A stretch of 15,655 bases of DNA. Source: Candidatus Heimdallarchaeota archaeon. Lineage in GTDB: Archaea; Asgardarchaeota; Heimdallarchaeia; Hodarchaeales; Hodarchaeaceae. The stretch covers positions 1-15,655 of the forward strand of contig DXJL01000079.1 of NCBI GenBank assembly GCA_019057635.1. The letters are read 5' to 3'. Within the stretch, counting starts at the first letter, position 1. The number at the start of each line of letters is the position of its first letter. Below, piece after piece: positions 1 to 8,004 of this stretch. The notes under the pieces are model-generated. The model made no database searches and was not told the origin of the DNA. It saw only the letters and a program-made list of their open reading frames with translations. A program made the position numbers and the translations under genes.

Positions 1-1
1 A

Positions 2-952
2 TTAGGAAATGAATTTGTTTGGTCTCCCTCTTACTCCGATCTAACAGTTGGTACTTTAACATTGATAATGATGAATTCAGATATGGGTCTAGGCAATAAA
101 GTTGATATTACATTCAGCATTGGAGCACGTATTCCTATTATTAATGCAATTGGATGGGTTTTAACTGTTTTTGGAGGATTATTCTTGTTATTAGGGATAA
201 TTATTATTTGGAGCGGTTTACGATCTAAACCACGGAGAGTTCAAAGAACTCGTTACTACCAAGGAGCAATGGCAACGCGTGTAGAACCAATCGAAAGCAC
301 CGCAGCGAATTATCAACTTCAGTGTTCTAATTGTGGCTCGACCAGTGAGGCAGGTAGTACGTTTTGTTCTCAGTGTGGAGAAATTCTTCTTTCAGAAGAT
401 AGAACATCCATCGATACTGCAGTAAAATCGTCAAAGTTAGAATCTTTGGAACCTACTGGAACAAAATTAGTTGTAGCCGATTGGTGGCCAAGATTTTGGG
501 CATATATTATTGATTTCTTTATCGTTAGTGCAATTACGAGTACATTAACATCTATACTCTTTTTCACTATGAGTGACTGGAGTTGGTGGTCATTTGGAGT
601 ATTTAGTCCATTTCAATGGATCTTTAGTCTGGGACCTTCTTCTGTAGTATTTTTCATCTACATTCTCCTTATGGACCATTATTATGGCCAAACTTTAGGT
701 AAAATGGCACTTAATTTAGAAGTGATATCCGAAAGTACTGGTGAGCGTCCTCTCCTGCAGGATCTCGCAATTCACAACCTTGGTAAAGCCTTCTTTTTAC
801 CTATTGACCTAATAGTTGGAAGAATTGTACGTGATCAGAGTCAAGTTCCTGATATGAATCAGAGATTAACTCAAAAATGGAGTCGTGTTGTGGTAGTTCA
901 GAAATCACGCAAAAGGGAAGCTACGCCTCAGTTTGTTTCAAACAGGTTTTAA
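2..952 (+). CDS. Membrane protein with zinc-ribbon and RDD domain (5' partial)
   Basis: The frame is open from base 2 (LGNEFVWSPSYS...), so the true start lies outside the window. It has a TM helix (IGWVLTVFGGLFLLLGIIIIW), a CSNC-x10-CSQC zinc ribbon, and RDD motifs RFWAYIIDFFI, GQTLGKMALNLEV and a QRLTQKWS...VV tail. Confidence 0.85.
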   Translation, partial: LGNEFVWSPSYSDLTVGTLTLIMMNSDMGLGNKVDITFSIGARIPIINAIGWVLTVFGGLFLLLGIIIIWSGLRSKPRRVQRTRYYQGAMATRVEPIESTAANYQLQCSNCGSTSEAGSTFCSQCGEILLSEDRTSIDTAVKSSKLESLEPTGTKLVVADWWPRFWAYIIDFFIVSAITSTLTSILFFTMSDWSWWSFGVFSPFQWIFSLGPSSVVFFIYILLMDHYYGQTLGKMALNLEVISESTGERPLLQDLAIHNLGKAFFLPIDLIVGRIVRDQSQVPDMNQRLTQKWSRVVVVQKSRKREATPQFVSNRF

Positions 953-980
953 TTTCCTTCCCTTCTTTTTTTTTATTTAT
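953..980 (+). terminator. T-rich archaeal-type terminator between convergent genes
   Basis: A pyrimidine tract with a long T run directly follows the RDD stop codon at 952. Confidence 0.5.
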
Positions 981-985
981 TATAT

Positions 986-1447
986 TCAGATAATGGATTC
1001 ACTCAAAATCAATTCGTTCGATTCCCTTAATACTCGTTTATAATCATCGAAAGTTAGCATAGACAACGCTTTTTCAAAATTTACCCATTTCCAATTTATA
1101 TGCTCTGATGAGAGTGTAATATTTCTTGTTTGAAATTTTACAAGGAAAAATACCACTTTCTTTACAATTGTTCTTGTACCCCGTTTAGGAAAGTAAATTG
1201 AGTCACTTATCAGACGCTTTATAATTTTAAAGTTATTAGTGCCTGTTTCCTCGCTAATCTCTCGAATGGCTGTTTGTTTATATGTTTCCCCTTCATTTTG
1301 CCTTCCTTTCGGGAAAGCCCAGTATTTATGAGGGGTGTTATGCAAAACTAGTAAATAATCTGGTTTCTTGTTTGCGTGGAAAAATACTGGTACTCCACCG
1401 CATGATACTTCATCATAGTGACGGTTTGCATCCTGTTCTTTTGACAC
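986..1447 (-). CDS. NUDIX hydrolase, Ap4A hydrolase (bis(5'-nucleosyl)-tetraphosphatase)-like
   Basis: Nudix box GRQNEGETYKQTAIREISEETG preceded by WAFPK. KKVVFFL and LSSEH..WKW resemble NUDT2-type Ap4A hydrolases. Confidence 0.9.
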   Translation of the reverse strand: MSKEQDANRHYDEVSCGGVPVFFHANKKPDYLLVLHNTPHKYWAFPKGRQNEGETYKQTAIREISEETGTNNFKIIKRLISDSIYFPKRGTRTIVKKVVFFLVKFQTRNITLSSEHINWKWVNFEKALSMLTFDDYKRVLRESNELILSESII

Positions 1448-1574
1448 AGATTACTCTTCCTTCTTATTAAAACAGTAAGGATTTATCATTAAATTAATTA
1501 TGAAATAGATTTTGTCCCATACTGTTACCATAAAGCAAATAAGATTAGCTTTATCAACTGAAATCGTGTTACAG

Positions 1575-2459
1575 ATGGACATTAAAACATATCGTGTAAT
1601 TTTAAAGAAAGAGGAACCGTCAACAGATATTAAAAATGAATTAGGAGTCATAACATGCCAAGAAGCGATGATTGTTTTTTCTCCACAGAAAACTGACAAT
1701 AATTTTAACCGTTCTTATCCAATGAAAGATCTACAGTATTCTTCTGTTGCTACTATCGGTTCTTGGTTCAAAAAATCAAAGGTCGTCCATCTCAGATTCG
1801 GATCTAAAGATGTGTTCGTAAATGTTTATTTAGAACCCATTGATCATTCACCCGAATTCTTACTTACGCAAATACTCGAAGACGTTGAAAATCATAAGAA
1901 AGGAACTCTTCCAGGGATTGTCGGTTCTTTAATTGACAAGATTGGTGAAGAAAGCCACAAGATTATCAAAGATATGGGAGCTATGATCCAATCATCATCG
2001 CGTGAGCTCACAACAGCTCTATCACAAACAACAGAGTTTATCCGTCAAGCAATTCAAACTGCAAATATTCTAGAATCCTTTGAAACAGATGATAAATCGC
2101 AATCAAAAACAATTAACTTAGATCTCAAAGATATTGATGAAATCATGAAACGGGCATTAGCATCAGAAAAGATAGAAGCAATGATCTCCAGTTTAATTGC
2201 GAAAGGACTCATTTCTGCTGATGGTCAGAATTTTCAGGAAGCTTTAGAGGCTCTGAAGATTGCACGTGATGCAGCAAAGAATGAAAATTTGGAAGAATTT
2301 GAAAAATTAGCTGAAGAGAACATCAGAAAAGTGAAAGAGGCGGAAACATCAGATTATCTGGATTCTTTTGATCCTCAATTTTCTGAAAAAGCGACGAAAT
2401 ATGCTTATGATGCTCGGAATATTGTTGCAGAATGGGAAGAATCAAAACCAGATGAGTAA
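1575..2459 (+). CDS. Hypothetical protein: possible PH-like N-terminal domain plus helical C-terminal region
   Basis: Long ORF (track start TTG 1512, in-frame ATG 1575 preferred). A beta-strand-rich N-terminal region closed by a helix is followed by amphipathic and TPR-like helices. It overlaps the next gene by 8 nt. Confidence 0.7.
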   Translation: MDIKTYRVILKKEEPSTDIKNELGVITCQEAMIVFSPQKTDNNFNRSYPMKDLQYSSVATIGSWFKKSKVVHLRFGSKDVFVNVYLEPIDHSPEFLLTQILEDVENHKKGTLPGIVGSLIDKIGEESHKIIKDMGAMIQSSSRELTTALSQTTEFIRQAIQTANILESFETDDKSQSKTINLDLKDIDEIMKRALASEKIEAMISSLIAKGLISADGQNFQEALEALKIARDAAKNENLEEFEKLAEENIRKVKEAETSDYLDSFDPQFSEKATKYAYDARNIVAEWEESKPDE

Positions 2460-3552
2460 AACTATGATAAAAAGATATAGACTATTTTTGTTAATTTTCA
2501 TCTTTTTTTTACCGATTTTATCTTTTACACCTAGGTTGGGTTTAGGCCACGATTTATCTACCAATCTAACAAGTTCATTTAATCCATACTTCAATGAAAC
2601 TAAAGCCTATGAATTAATTGAGGATCAAGTTCAATTTGGACCACGTATTCCTGGATCTGAAGCAATAGAAAATACGAGGCGGATGATCGAAAACAAGGCA
2701 GTCATTGATGGAGTGTGGGAGATTGAATATCAAAATTTTTCTAAAGAGTGGATTGAGGGTGAAAATGTCTCATTAGTAAACATGATCATTTCTCCCACCA
2801 TTCAAAATCCTAATCAGTCGTATTTTCTGCTTCTCGCACATTATGATTCACGTAAATGGGCAGATCAAGATCCTAATCCTGCATTATGGAGGAATCCAGT
2901 TATGGGGGCGAATGATGGGGCATCAGGGGTTGCTGTTGCTTTAGAACTAGGCCGAGTCTTACTATTAAAGCATCAAATCTCAAATTTCAAAATCATCCTT
3001 TTTGATGCTGAAGATCAAGGGAGTATTGGATGGAATTGGTTAGTCGGCTCGCGGTACTTTGTAAATTCGAATCTCTTCCAAAAGGACAAAATCACTTATG
3101 CAATTCTTTTCGACATGGTCGGTGGGAATAATGCACTTTTCAAGCGTGAGGGGTATTCAGATCAATATGCTCGACCCCTCGTATCGGAGATATGGAATCT
3201 AGCGGATAAAATGAATTATTCACAATTTTTTATTAATAAATCTTGGAGTAAGATCACCGATGATCATCTTCCCTTTCTAGAAAAAGGAGTTCCCGCTGTT
3301 GATATCATTGATGATTTTATTAACAACTATAAAGCTTGGCATACAACAAGTGACACTCTCAGCCAAATTAGTAAGGAAACTCTTAAAGCTGTAGGCCAAA
3401 CTATAGAAATTACTCTTCTGACAGTCCAGCAAAACACTGATTCATATCTTCCTCTGCCGTCATTTACCTTTCAAACCTCTATTTCCACATGGATTGTAAT
3501 TTTGCCACTAACAGCAGTAGTATTCATTAAACTCTATCATAAAAACTCATGA
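2452..3552 (+). CDS. Secreted, membrane-anchored M28-family protein, glutaminyl cyclase (type II)-like
   Basis: In-frame ATG 2452 gives a signal peptide (MSKTMIKRYRLFLLIFIFFLPIL). Motifs AHYDSR, GANDGASG, FDAED, DMVG, TDDHLPF and WHT..D are present, plus a C-terminal hydrophobic anchor with a basic tail. Confidence 0.88.
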   Translation: MSKTMIKRYRLFLLIFIFFLPILSFTPRLGLGHDLSTNLTSSFNPYFNETKAYELIEDQVQFGPRIPGSEAIENTRRMIENKAVIDGVWEIEYQNFSKEWIEGENVSLVNMIISPTIQNPNQSYFLLLAHYDSRKWADQDPNPALWRNPVMGANDGASGVAVALELGRVLLLKHQISNFKIILFDAEDQGSIGWNWLVGSRYFVNSNLFQKDKITYAILFDMVGGNNALFKREGYSDQYARPLVSEIWNLADKMNYSQFFINKSWSKITDDHLPFLEKGVPAVDIIDDFINNYKAWHTTSDTLSQISKETLKAVGQTIEITLLTVQQNTDSYLPLPSFTFQTSISTWIVILPLTAVVFIKLYHKNS

Positions 3553-3690
3553 TTCTAAGTTTACGTATAAGAAATATCATATGAATGTCTTCCTGTTCGT
3601 GAAGAAGAATGTAAAGAGGATAACCAGTGAAACCTCACAAGGTATTTAATTTGTCAATTATTGCTGGGTTTATCAATCGGAGATGACATT

Positions 3691-4164
3691 ATGGTCACAA
3701 CAAAAAAGCTTGAAAATCAATTGCAATTTAGACCTATCTCTGTTGATGATATTGACGAGATAATGCGTATTGATGAACTCATTGTTCGAAGGAAACGCAA
3801 TCCTTTATTCCGTAGTCAATTAAAGGAACAAATCATTAAACACGGTGATGAAAGTTTAGGTGTAATTTTGCAGGATGGAACATTAATTGGATATCTCTTG
3901 GCCGAAACAAAGGTCTATATTTATGGCACAGATGATTTAGCTGCTTGGATTACACTACTTGGAATTGATCCTGAATTTCAAGATCAGGGAGTCGGCACCG
4001 CCTTAGCAAATCGTGTAATCTCTTACTTCTCTGAAAAGGGAATAAATAGTATTCGCACTATATGCGCCTGGGATTGGGGTGATTTAGTAGAATTCTTTTC
4101 AACGGTAGGGTTTAAGCTTTCTGACTACTTAACATTGGAATTAAACATAGGCCAATCCCCCTAG
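3691..4164 (+). CDS. GNAT family N-acetyltransferase
   Basis: Acetyl-CoA-binding motif A (LGIDPEFQDQGVGTAL) and C-terminal FFSTVGF. ATG 3691 follows a GGAGA SD-like site (track start TTG 3661). Confidence 0.9.
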   Translation: MVTTKKLENQLQFRPISVDDIDEIMRIDELIVRRKRNPLFRSQLKEQIIKHGDESLGVILQDGTLIGYLLAETKVYIYGTDDLAAWITLLGIDPEFQDQGVGTALANRVISYFSEKGINSIRTICAWDWGDLVEFFSTVGFKLSDYLTLELNIGQSP

Positions 4165-4176
4165 GAGGAGAAAAAT

Positions 4177-4323
4177 ATGAGTGAACCGATTCGTCAAAGT
4201 AAATTTGAAGTATATGGAGAAGAGATGCTAGAAAAGGAAGTAAAGAAGAGTGGAAACAGTGGACGTGTATATTTACCCCCTTCTTGGATTGGTAAGCGAG
4301 TAAAGATAATCCGAATGGATTAA
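4177..4323 (+). CDS. DUF2080-like small protein (AbrB-like swapped hairpin), 48 aa
   Basis: Not in the ORF track. Translation MSEPIRQSKFEVYGEEMLEKEVKKSGNSGRVYLPPSWIGKRVKIIRMD. A strong AGGAGG SD at 4163-4168 overlaps the GNAT stop. The signature K.V...GNSGRVYLP..WIGK.V.I is present. Confidence 0.88.
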   Translation: MSEPIRQSKFEVYGEEMLEKEVKKSGNSGRVYLPPSWIGKRVKIIRMD

Positions 4324-4373
4324 TTTTTTCTTTCTCTCGTTTCTATATTTCCAATCTATTCTTACGGACACTC

Positions 4374-5606
4374 CTAATCGTTTCCACGCAATGTTGGTAA
4401 GAAACCTTTCTTGAGTAGGTCCTGAACACTATCGCGGAGCTCTGAAAGCATTACTCCTGATTCCTTGTAGAGGCTAGAAATCTCTTCAATATCGAAATAG
4501 AGGTCATTCTCTAACCATTTTTGTTTTCTAAACTCATAAAGAGAAACATTTGCCACTTTAGCTTCAACTTTCGGAATTTTCTTTTCAACAAGTTCTTTTA
4601 GGTCTTTTTTTCCTAAATCAGCTATGTTCTCAAAGTTTTCTTCTACAAATATCTTGCAGCTTTCGAGTTCCGATTTTATTTTGTTCATTTTTTCTTTGTA
4701 CGCGTTTAGGATGGGTTCTTTTATTTCAAGTACTTTCTTTGTTACCTCTTCATTATCGATATTGAAGAGATAATCTTGAAAATGTTGCAGAGCTACAAAT
4801 AAATCATTTTCTGCAACTTTACTAAATTCGGTCATGATTTTCTTTGTAGAAAATTTCTTTAATGCTTCTATAGCTTTTGCTTGAACTCCAGTATCTCTAT
4901 CTTTTGTAGTTTTCAAAATAGCTATGATAGACTCCGCTTCCTCAATTTTTCCTAGAGCCTCAACAGCTTTTGCTCTAGTTTCTTTATCTTTATCCGAAAG
5001 ATTTGCAAACAGGCTTGGTAATGCAGCAGAATTGCCAATCTCTCCCAACGCCCAGCAGATTTCACGTTTAGCATAATTGTCATTTTCGATTTTCAAAGCG
5101 TTGATTAACGGAGTGACAGCCTGATCTACTGATAACACTCCTAATGTATGAGCTGCATTTTCTCTTATTTCAGAGCTTTCTTTATTAGCTATTGCCTCTA
5201 TTAGAGCGGATCCTGCCTCTTTAGCTATTTCTCCCATTTCTCCAAGTTGTTTTGCTACCATAGCCCGAAAATCTGGATCGTCATCCTCTCTTAAGTACTT
5301 AATTAAGGGTTTTATAGTGTCCCTATTTGCTATTTCTCCTAATGCTTCAACTGCGCCGAATCGAACTGTCCAATAATCAACTGAAGGATCTAGAGCTTTC
5401 AAAATCTTAGGTAGGGCTATCGCAGGATTTCTTTTTCCAAGGTCAATAAGTTGATGAACTGCGGATGATCTTAATAATAGCTGGTTACTTTCTAGTGCTC
5501 TCAACATTACATCAATCAATGCTTCATCTGGTAATTCTTGATCGTCAGGAATTTCCATTATTTTACGCAAAGCAGGGTCTATTTCACCTTTATCATCTGG
5601 ATTCAT
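4374..5606 (-). CDS. HEAT-repeat (PBS lyase-like) protein with C-terminal helical domain
   Basis: About 7 repeats of roughly 31-33 aa, including VRFGAVEALGEI, FRAMVAKQLGEM, IRENAAHTLGVL, AKREICWALGEI, TRAKAVEALGKI and VQAKAIEALKKF. Confidence 0.9.
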   Translation of the reverse strand: MNPDDKGEIDPALRKIMEIPDDQELPDEALIDVMLRALESNQLLLRSSAVHQLIDLGKRNPAIALPKILKALDPSVDYWTVRFGAVEALGEIANRDTIKPLIKYLREDDDPDFRAMVAKQLGEMGEIAKEAGSALIEAIANKESSEIRENAAHTLGVLSVDQAVTPLINALKIENDNYAKREICWALGEIGNSAALPSLFANLSDKDKETRAKAVEALGKIEEAESIIAILKTTKDRDTGVQAKAIEALKKFSTKKIMTEFSKVAENDLFVALQHFQDYLFNIDNEEVTKKVLEIKEPILNAYKEKMNKIKSELESCKIFVEENFENIADLGKKDLKELVEKKIPKVEAKVANVSLYEFRKQKWLENDLYFDIEEISSLYKESGVMLSELRDSVQDLLKKGFLPTLRGND

Positions 5607-5647
5607 ATTGAAACTACCTTCTGATTATTGGAAACACGTCAAATCTG

Positions 5648-5684
5648 ATCAGTACTATATTATAAGTTATAATATTTTACTGAT
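5648..5684. promoter_or_regulatory. 37-bp near-perfect palindrome containing TATA-like boxes upstream of the HEAT gene
   Basis: ATCAGTA-CT-ATATTATAA-G-TTATAATAT-TT-TACTGAT, 16 of 18 arm positions complementary, 42-78 nt upstream of ATG 5606. Confidence 0.55.
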
Positions 5685-5837
5685 TTATTCAGATATACAG
5701 AGATGTTAGTCCTTGTTTATTAGAACAAACTAAAGGGTTTTTTAAAACCTCTGATTTGCCTTCTAGCTCATTCATTCTGGAGAGTTGTAAATCGTGAAAA
5801 CTAGTATTTCTGAGAGCCACGAATAATAATCTTAATG

Positions 5838-6329
5838 TTAACCAATCCGAACTTCAATTATCTGCTGCTTTGTGCGAAGTTTCGCAGATAGAAACCGTCC
5901 TTCAGTGCTAGAAAGCTCAAGCATAAGTGGATTGGACGACCATGAACAATTGATTGAAGTCCCTTCAAAAGTTTGATCCGTAAATTCAGGGTTTCCTCGG
6001 ACCGTGACTGGTTCTTGGAATTCATACCCTTCCTCACCTTCTTTAATTTTTAAGAAGAATACTGAAAGCGCAATTCCTCGTTTCATTACACTAGATACAT
6101 TTTCTTCAATTTCGATAGCTTTATTCTCTGCATTCCAAGTAATCCTGGCTCTTATCCTTCTCGGTTCAGGTTGCTCTACATTAATAAATCTCATACCTGT
6201 AATGAAGAAGCCTGTTCTATTTCGACCATCTTCGTCTTTCAATCCTTTTACATTAAGATGACTCTCATCTCCAATAATAGGAAAAATCTCTATCTTTTTA
6301 ATTTCGTCTATCCGTGTCATTCTGATCAC
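5838..6329 (-). CDS. Hypothetical protein, predicted beta-rich
   Basis: 163-codon ORF with protein-like composition. A GTGA overlap with the aminotransferase stop suggests translational coupling. Alternative ATG at 6320. Confidence 0.7.
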   Translation of the reverse strand: MIRMTRIDEIKKIEIFPIIGDESHLNVKGLKDEDGRNRTGFFITGMRFINVEQPEPRRIRARITWNAENKAIEIEENVSSVMKRGIALSVFFLKIKEGEEGYEFQEPVTVRGNPEFTDQTFEGTSINCSWSSNPLMLELSSTEGRFLSAKLRTKQQIIEVRIG

Positions 6330-7516
6330 TTTACGCTTAAGTTTAATTTTTTCATAAATAATTCAACGTGATTTAACGCTTCTTCCATCACTTGAATTTC
6401 TGGAAGCACAACTGAACGAAAGTGTTGCTTACCTAAAGCTCCAAATCCACTACCAAATACAAAAACTACGCCTGTTTCCTTGAGAACCTTTAGAACAAAT
6501 TCAGTATCATCAATAGGTAAATCGATACGTGGAAAGGAATAAAATGCCCCTTGTGGAATTCGCGCTGATAATCCCTCCATTTCATTAATTCGTTTAGCAA
6601 AATATGTAGCCCTTTCTTTTAATTTCTTATTGACCTCAATGAGGAAATTCATATTATAGTTCAAAACTTTAGCTACAGCCTTTTGAATAGGGGAATTTGC
6701 GCATAATCGGATTCTAGATTGTTTATTCATCGCTTCCCATAAGTGGGAGTATTTTTCGTCCTCATCTCTAAGATTTGCCCATCCTAATCTCCATCCAGGA
6801 GATAAAAGTGTTTTAGAAATTCCATTTAACTCTAATACAGGCACATCAGTTAAAGATGCTGTGGATTTATATCCTCCTTCATAGGTTAATAAATCGTAGA
6901 TCTCATCTGATATGACTAGCAGATTATATTCTCCTGCAATATCCGTGATTGCTTTCACACTTTTGGGAGGATAAACTGCACCTGTAGGATTATTAGGATT
7001 AATGATAAGGAGCGCTTGGGTCTTTGGCGTAATTTTATTTCGAATATCGTCAATATCGGGTTGCCAATCAAGTGATTCCTGTGTATCATATTCAATCCCA
7101 CAAATATCGTGGAAGGTAAAGTAAGAGAGATAAGAGGGGTACACAGGAGAGGGGACTAGCACCTCGGTTCCTGGAGCTATGCTTCCAGAAATTATGGAAA
7201 TTGCTTCTGAAACACCAGCAGTAACTAGAATCTTCTCAGGATTTAATTCAGTCCCCCAGAGACGTTTCTGCCTTTTTACTATCTCTGTACGTAATTCACT
7301 ATCGCCTATGGATTCACTATAATAATTGGCTTTATCCACAGTAACAGCTTCGACCAGCGCGTCTTTTAGAAATTGTGGTGTATCAAAATCGTATTTATCA
7401 GGGTCGCCAATATTGAAATAATACAATTTTTTACCAGTCTTCTCAACTTCTTTTGCGGAAATCAATATATCTCTGATTGCATATTTTATCTTGCTAACAT
7501 TAGTTGAGATTTCCAT
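6326..7516 (-). CDS. PLP-dependent aminotransferase class I/II (alanine aminotransferase-like)
   Basis: Motifs NIGDP, NPNNPTG, SDEIY, GISK...PGWRLGW (PLP lysine), PQGAFY, GSGFG and HFR. The N-terminal YAIRDI and NIGDP resemble AlaA-type enzymes. Confidence 0.93.
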   Translation of the reverse strand: MEISTNVSKIKYAIRDILISAKEVEKTGKKLYYFNIGDPDKYDFDTPQFLKDALVEAVTVDKANYYSESIGDSELRTEIVKRQKRLWGTELNPEKILVTAGVSEAISIISGSIAPGTEVLVPSPVYPSYLSYFTFHDICGIEYDTQESLDWQPDIDDIRNKITPKTQALLIINPNNPTGAVYPPKSVKAITDIAGEYNLLVISDEIYDLLTYEGGYKSTASLTDVPVLELNGISKTLLSPGWRLGWANLRDEDEKYSHLWEAMNKQSRIRLCANSPIQKAVAKVLNYNMNFLIEVNKKLKERATYFAKRINEMEGLSARIPQGAFYSFPRIDLPIDDTEFVLKVLKETGVVFVFGSGFGALGKQHFRSVVLPEIQVMEEALNHVELFMKKLNLSVK

Positions 7517-7593
7517 TTATTATACCTTCGAAGGCAGCCAATAGAAAAGATTATCTATCTTTTACGGGGAAAGAATAGCATTTGAAAGCTGTC

Positions 7594-7873
7594 ATAGGGT
7601 TATGAAGGTATTTTAGAGACATTTCTAATATATATATTGGTATGGTCGATAAAATGGAAGAGAGGAAAACTTGCGAATAGACATTGGTTCGACGAACGGT
7701 CTAATAAAAAACACATTTGGGAACACTAAAATTGAAATAATCCACTTTCTACTAATATGGAGAATGTAATCAAAACCTTTATTCACGTAAGGCTTCATAC
7801 TACATTTTAATCCTCTAATCAACTAAGTAGAGGGCTTGAGGCTTAAATATGCTAAAAAAAATCATGACCCTAT
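7594..7873. repeat. 280-bp segment bounded by 12-bp inverted repeats (possible MITE or structured RNA)
   Basis: ATAGGGTTATGA (7594-7605) and TCATGACCCTAT (7862-7873) are 11/12 complementary. Confidence 0.3.
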
Positions 7874-7899
7874 CATTTGATCCTATTTTTGTCTAATTC

Positions 7900-7921
7900 A
7901 AATCTGATTATTGTCAGATTT
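7900..7921. promoter_or_regulatory. Palindromic candidate operator upstream of the Roadblock gene
   Basis: AAATCTGA-TTATTG-TCAGATTT, perfect 8-bp arms with a 6-nt spacer. Confidence 0.45.
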
Positions 7922-8004
7922 CTGAAGAAGTGTTTCAAAGGTTTTTTTAATTTTAAGATTTTAATCTAGGTGAGCGTCCCACTGATGTCTAGGAAGAGAT
8001 TACT

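Noticed and set aside
370-567. 65-aa minus-strand ORF
   Set aside because: Antisense shadow inside the RDD gene, with no motif.
1282-1699. ORFs 1282..1470 (+) and 1451..1699 (-)
   Set aside because: They overlap the NUDIX gene and the 1575 gene on opposite strands and lack recognisable features.
2368-2451. N-terminal extension of the M28 ORF from TTG 2368
   Set aside because: It overlaps the upstream gene by 92 nt, and ATG 2452 gives a clean signal peptide.
4177-4323. Mobile element implied by the DUF2080 annotation
   Set aside because: No transposase, terminal repeats or target duplication nearby.
6004-6371. Plus-strand ORFs 6004..6261 and 6171..6371
   Set aside because: Antisense to better-supported minus-strand genes.
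7625-7822. 65-aa intergenic minus-strand ORF
   Set aside because: No motif or clear SD, and the composition is typical of AT-rich non-coding DNA. It cannot be fully excluded.
7661-7846. RNase P, SRP RNA or tRNA (GAGGAAAAC, GGCTTA and GGTTCGA fragments)
   Set aside because: No P4 complementarity, SRP helix-8 motif or cloverleaf, and the region is too AT-rich.
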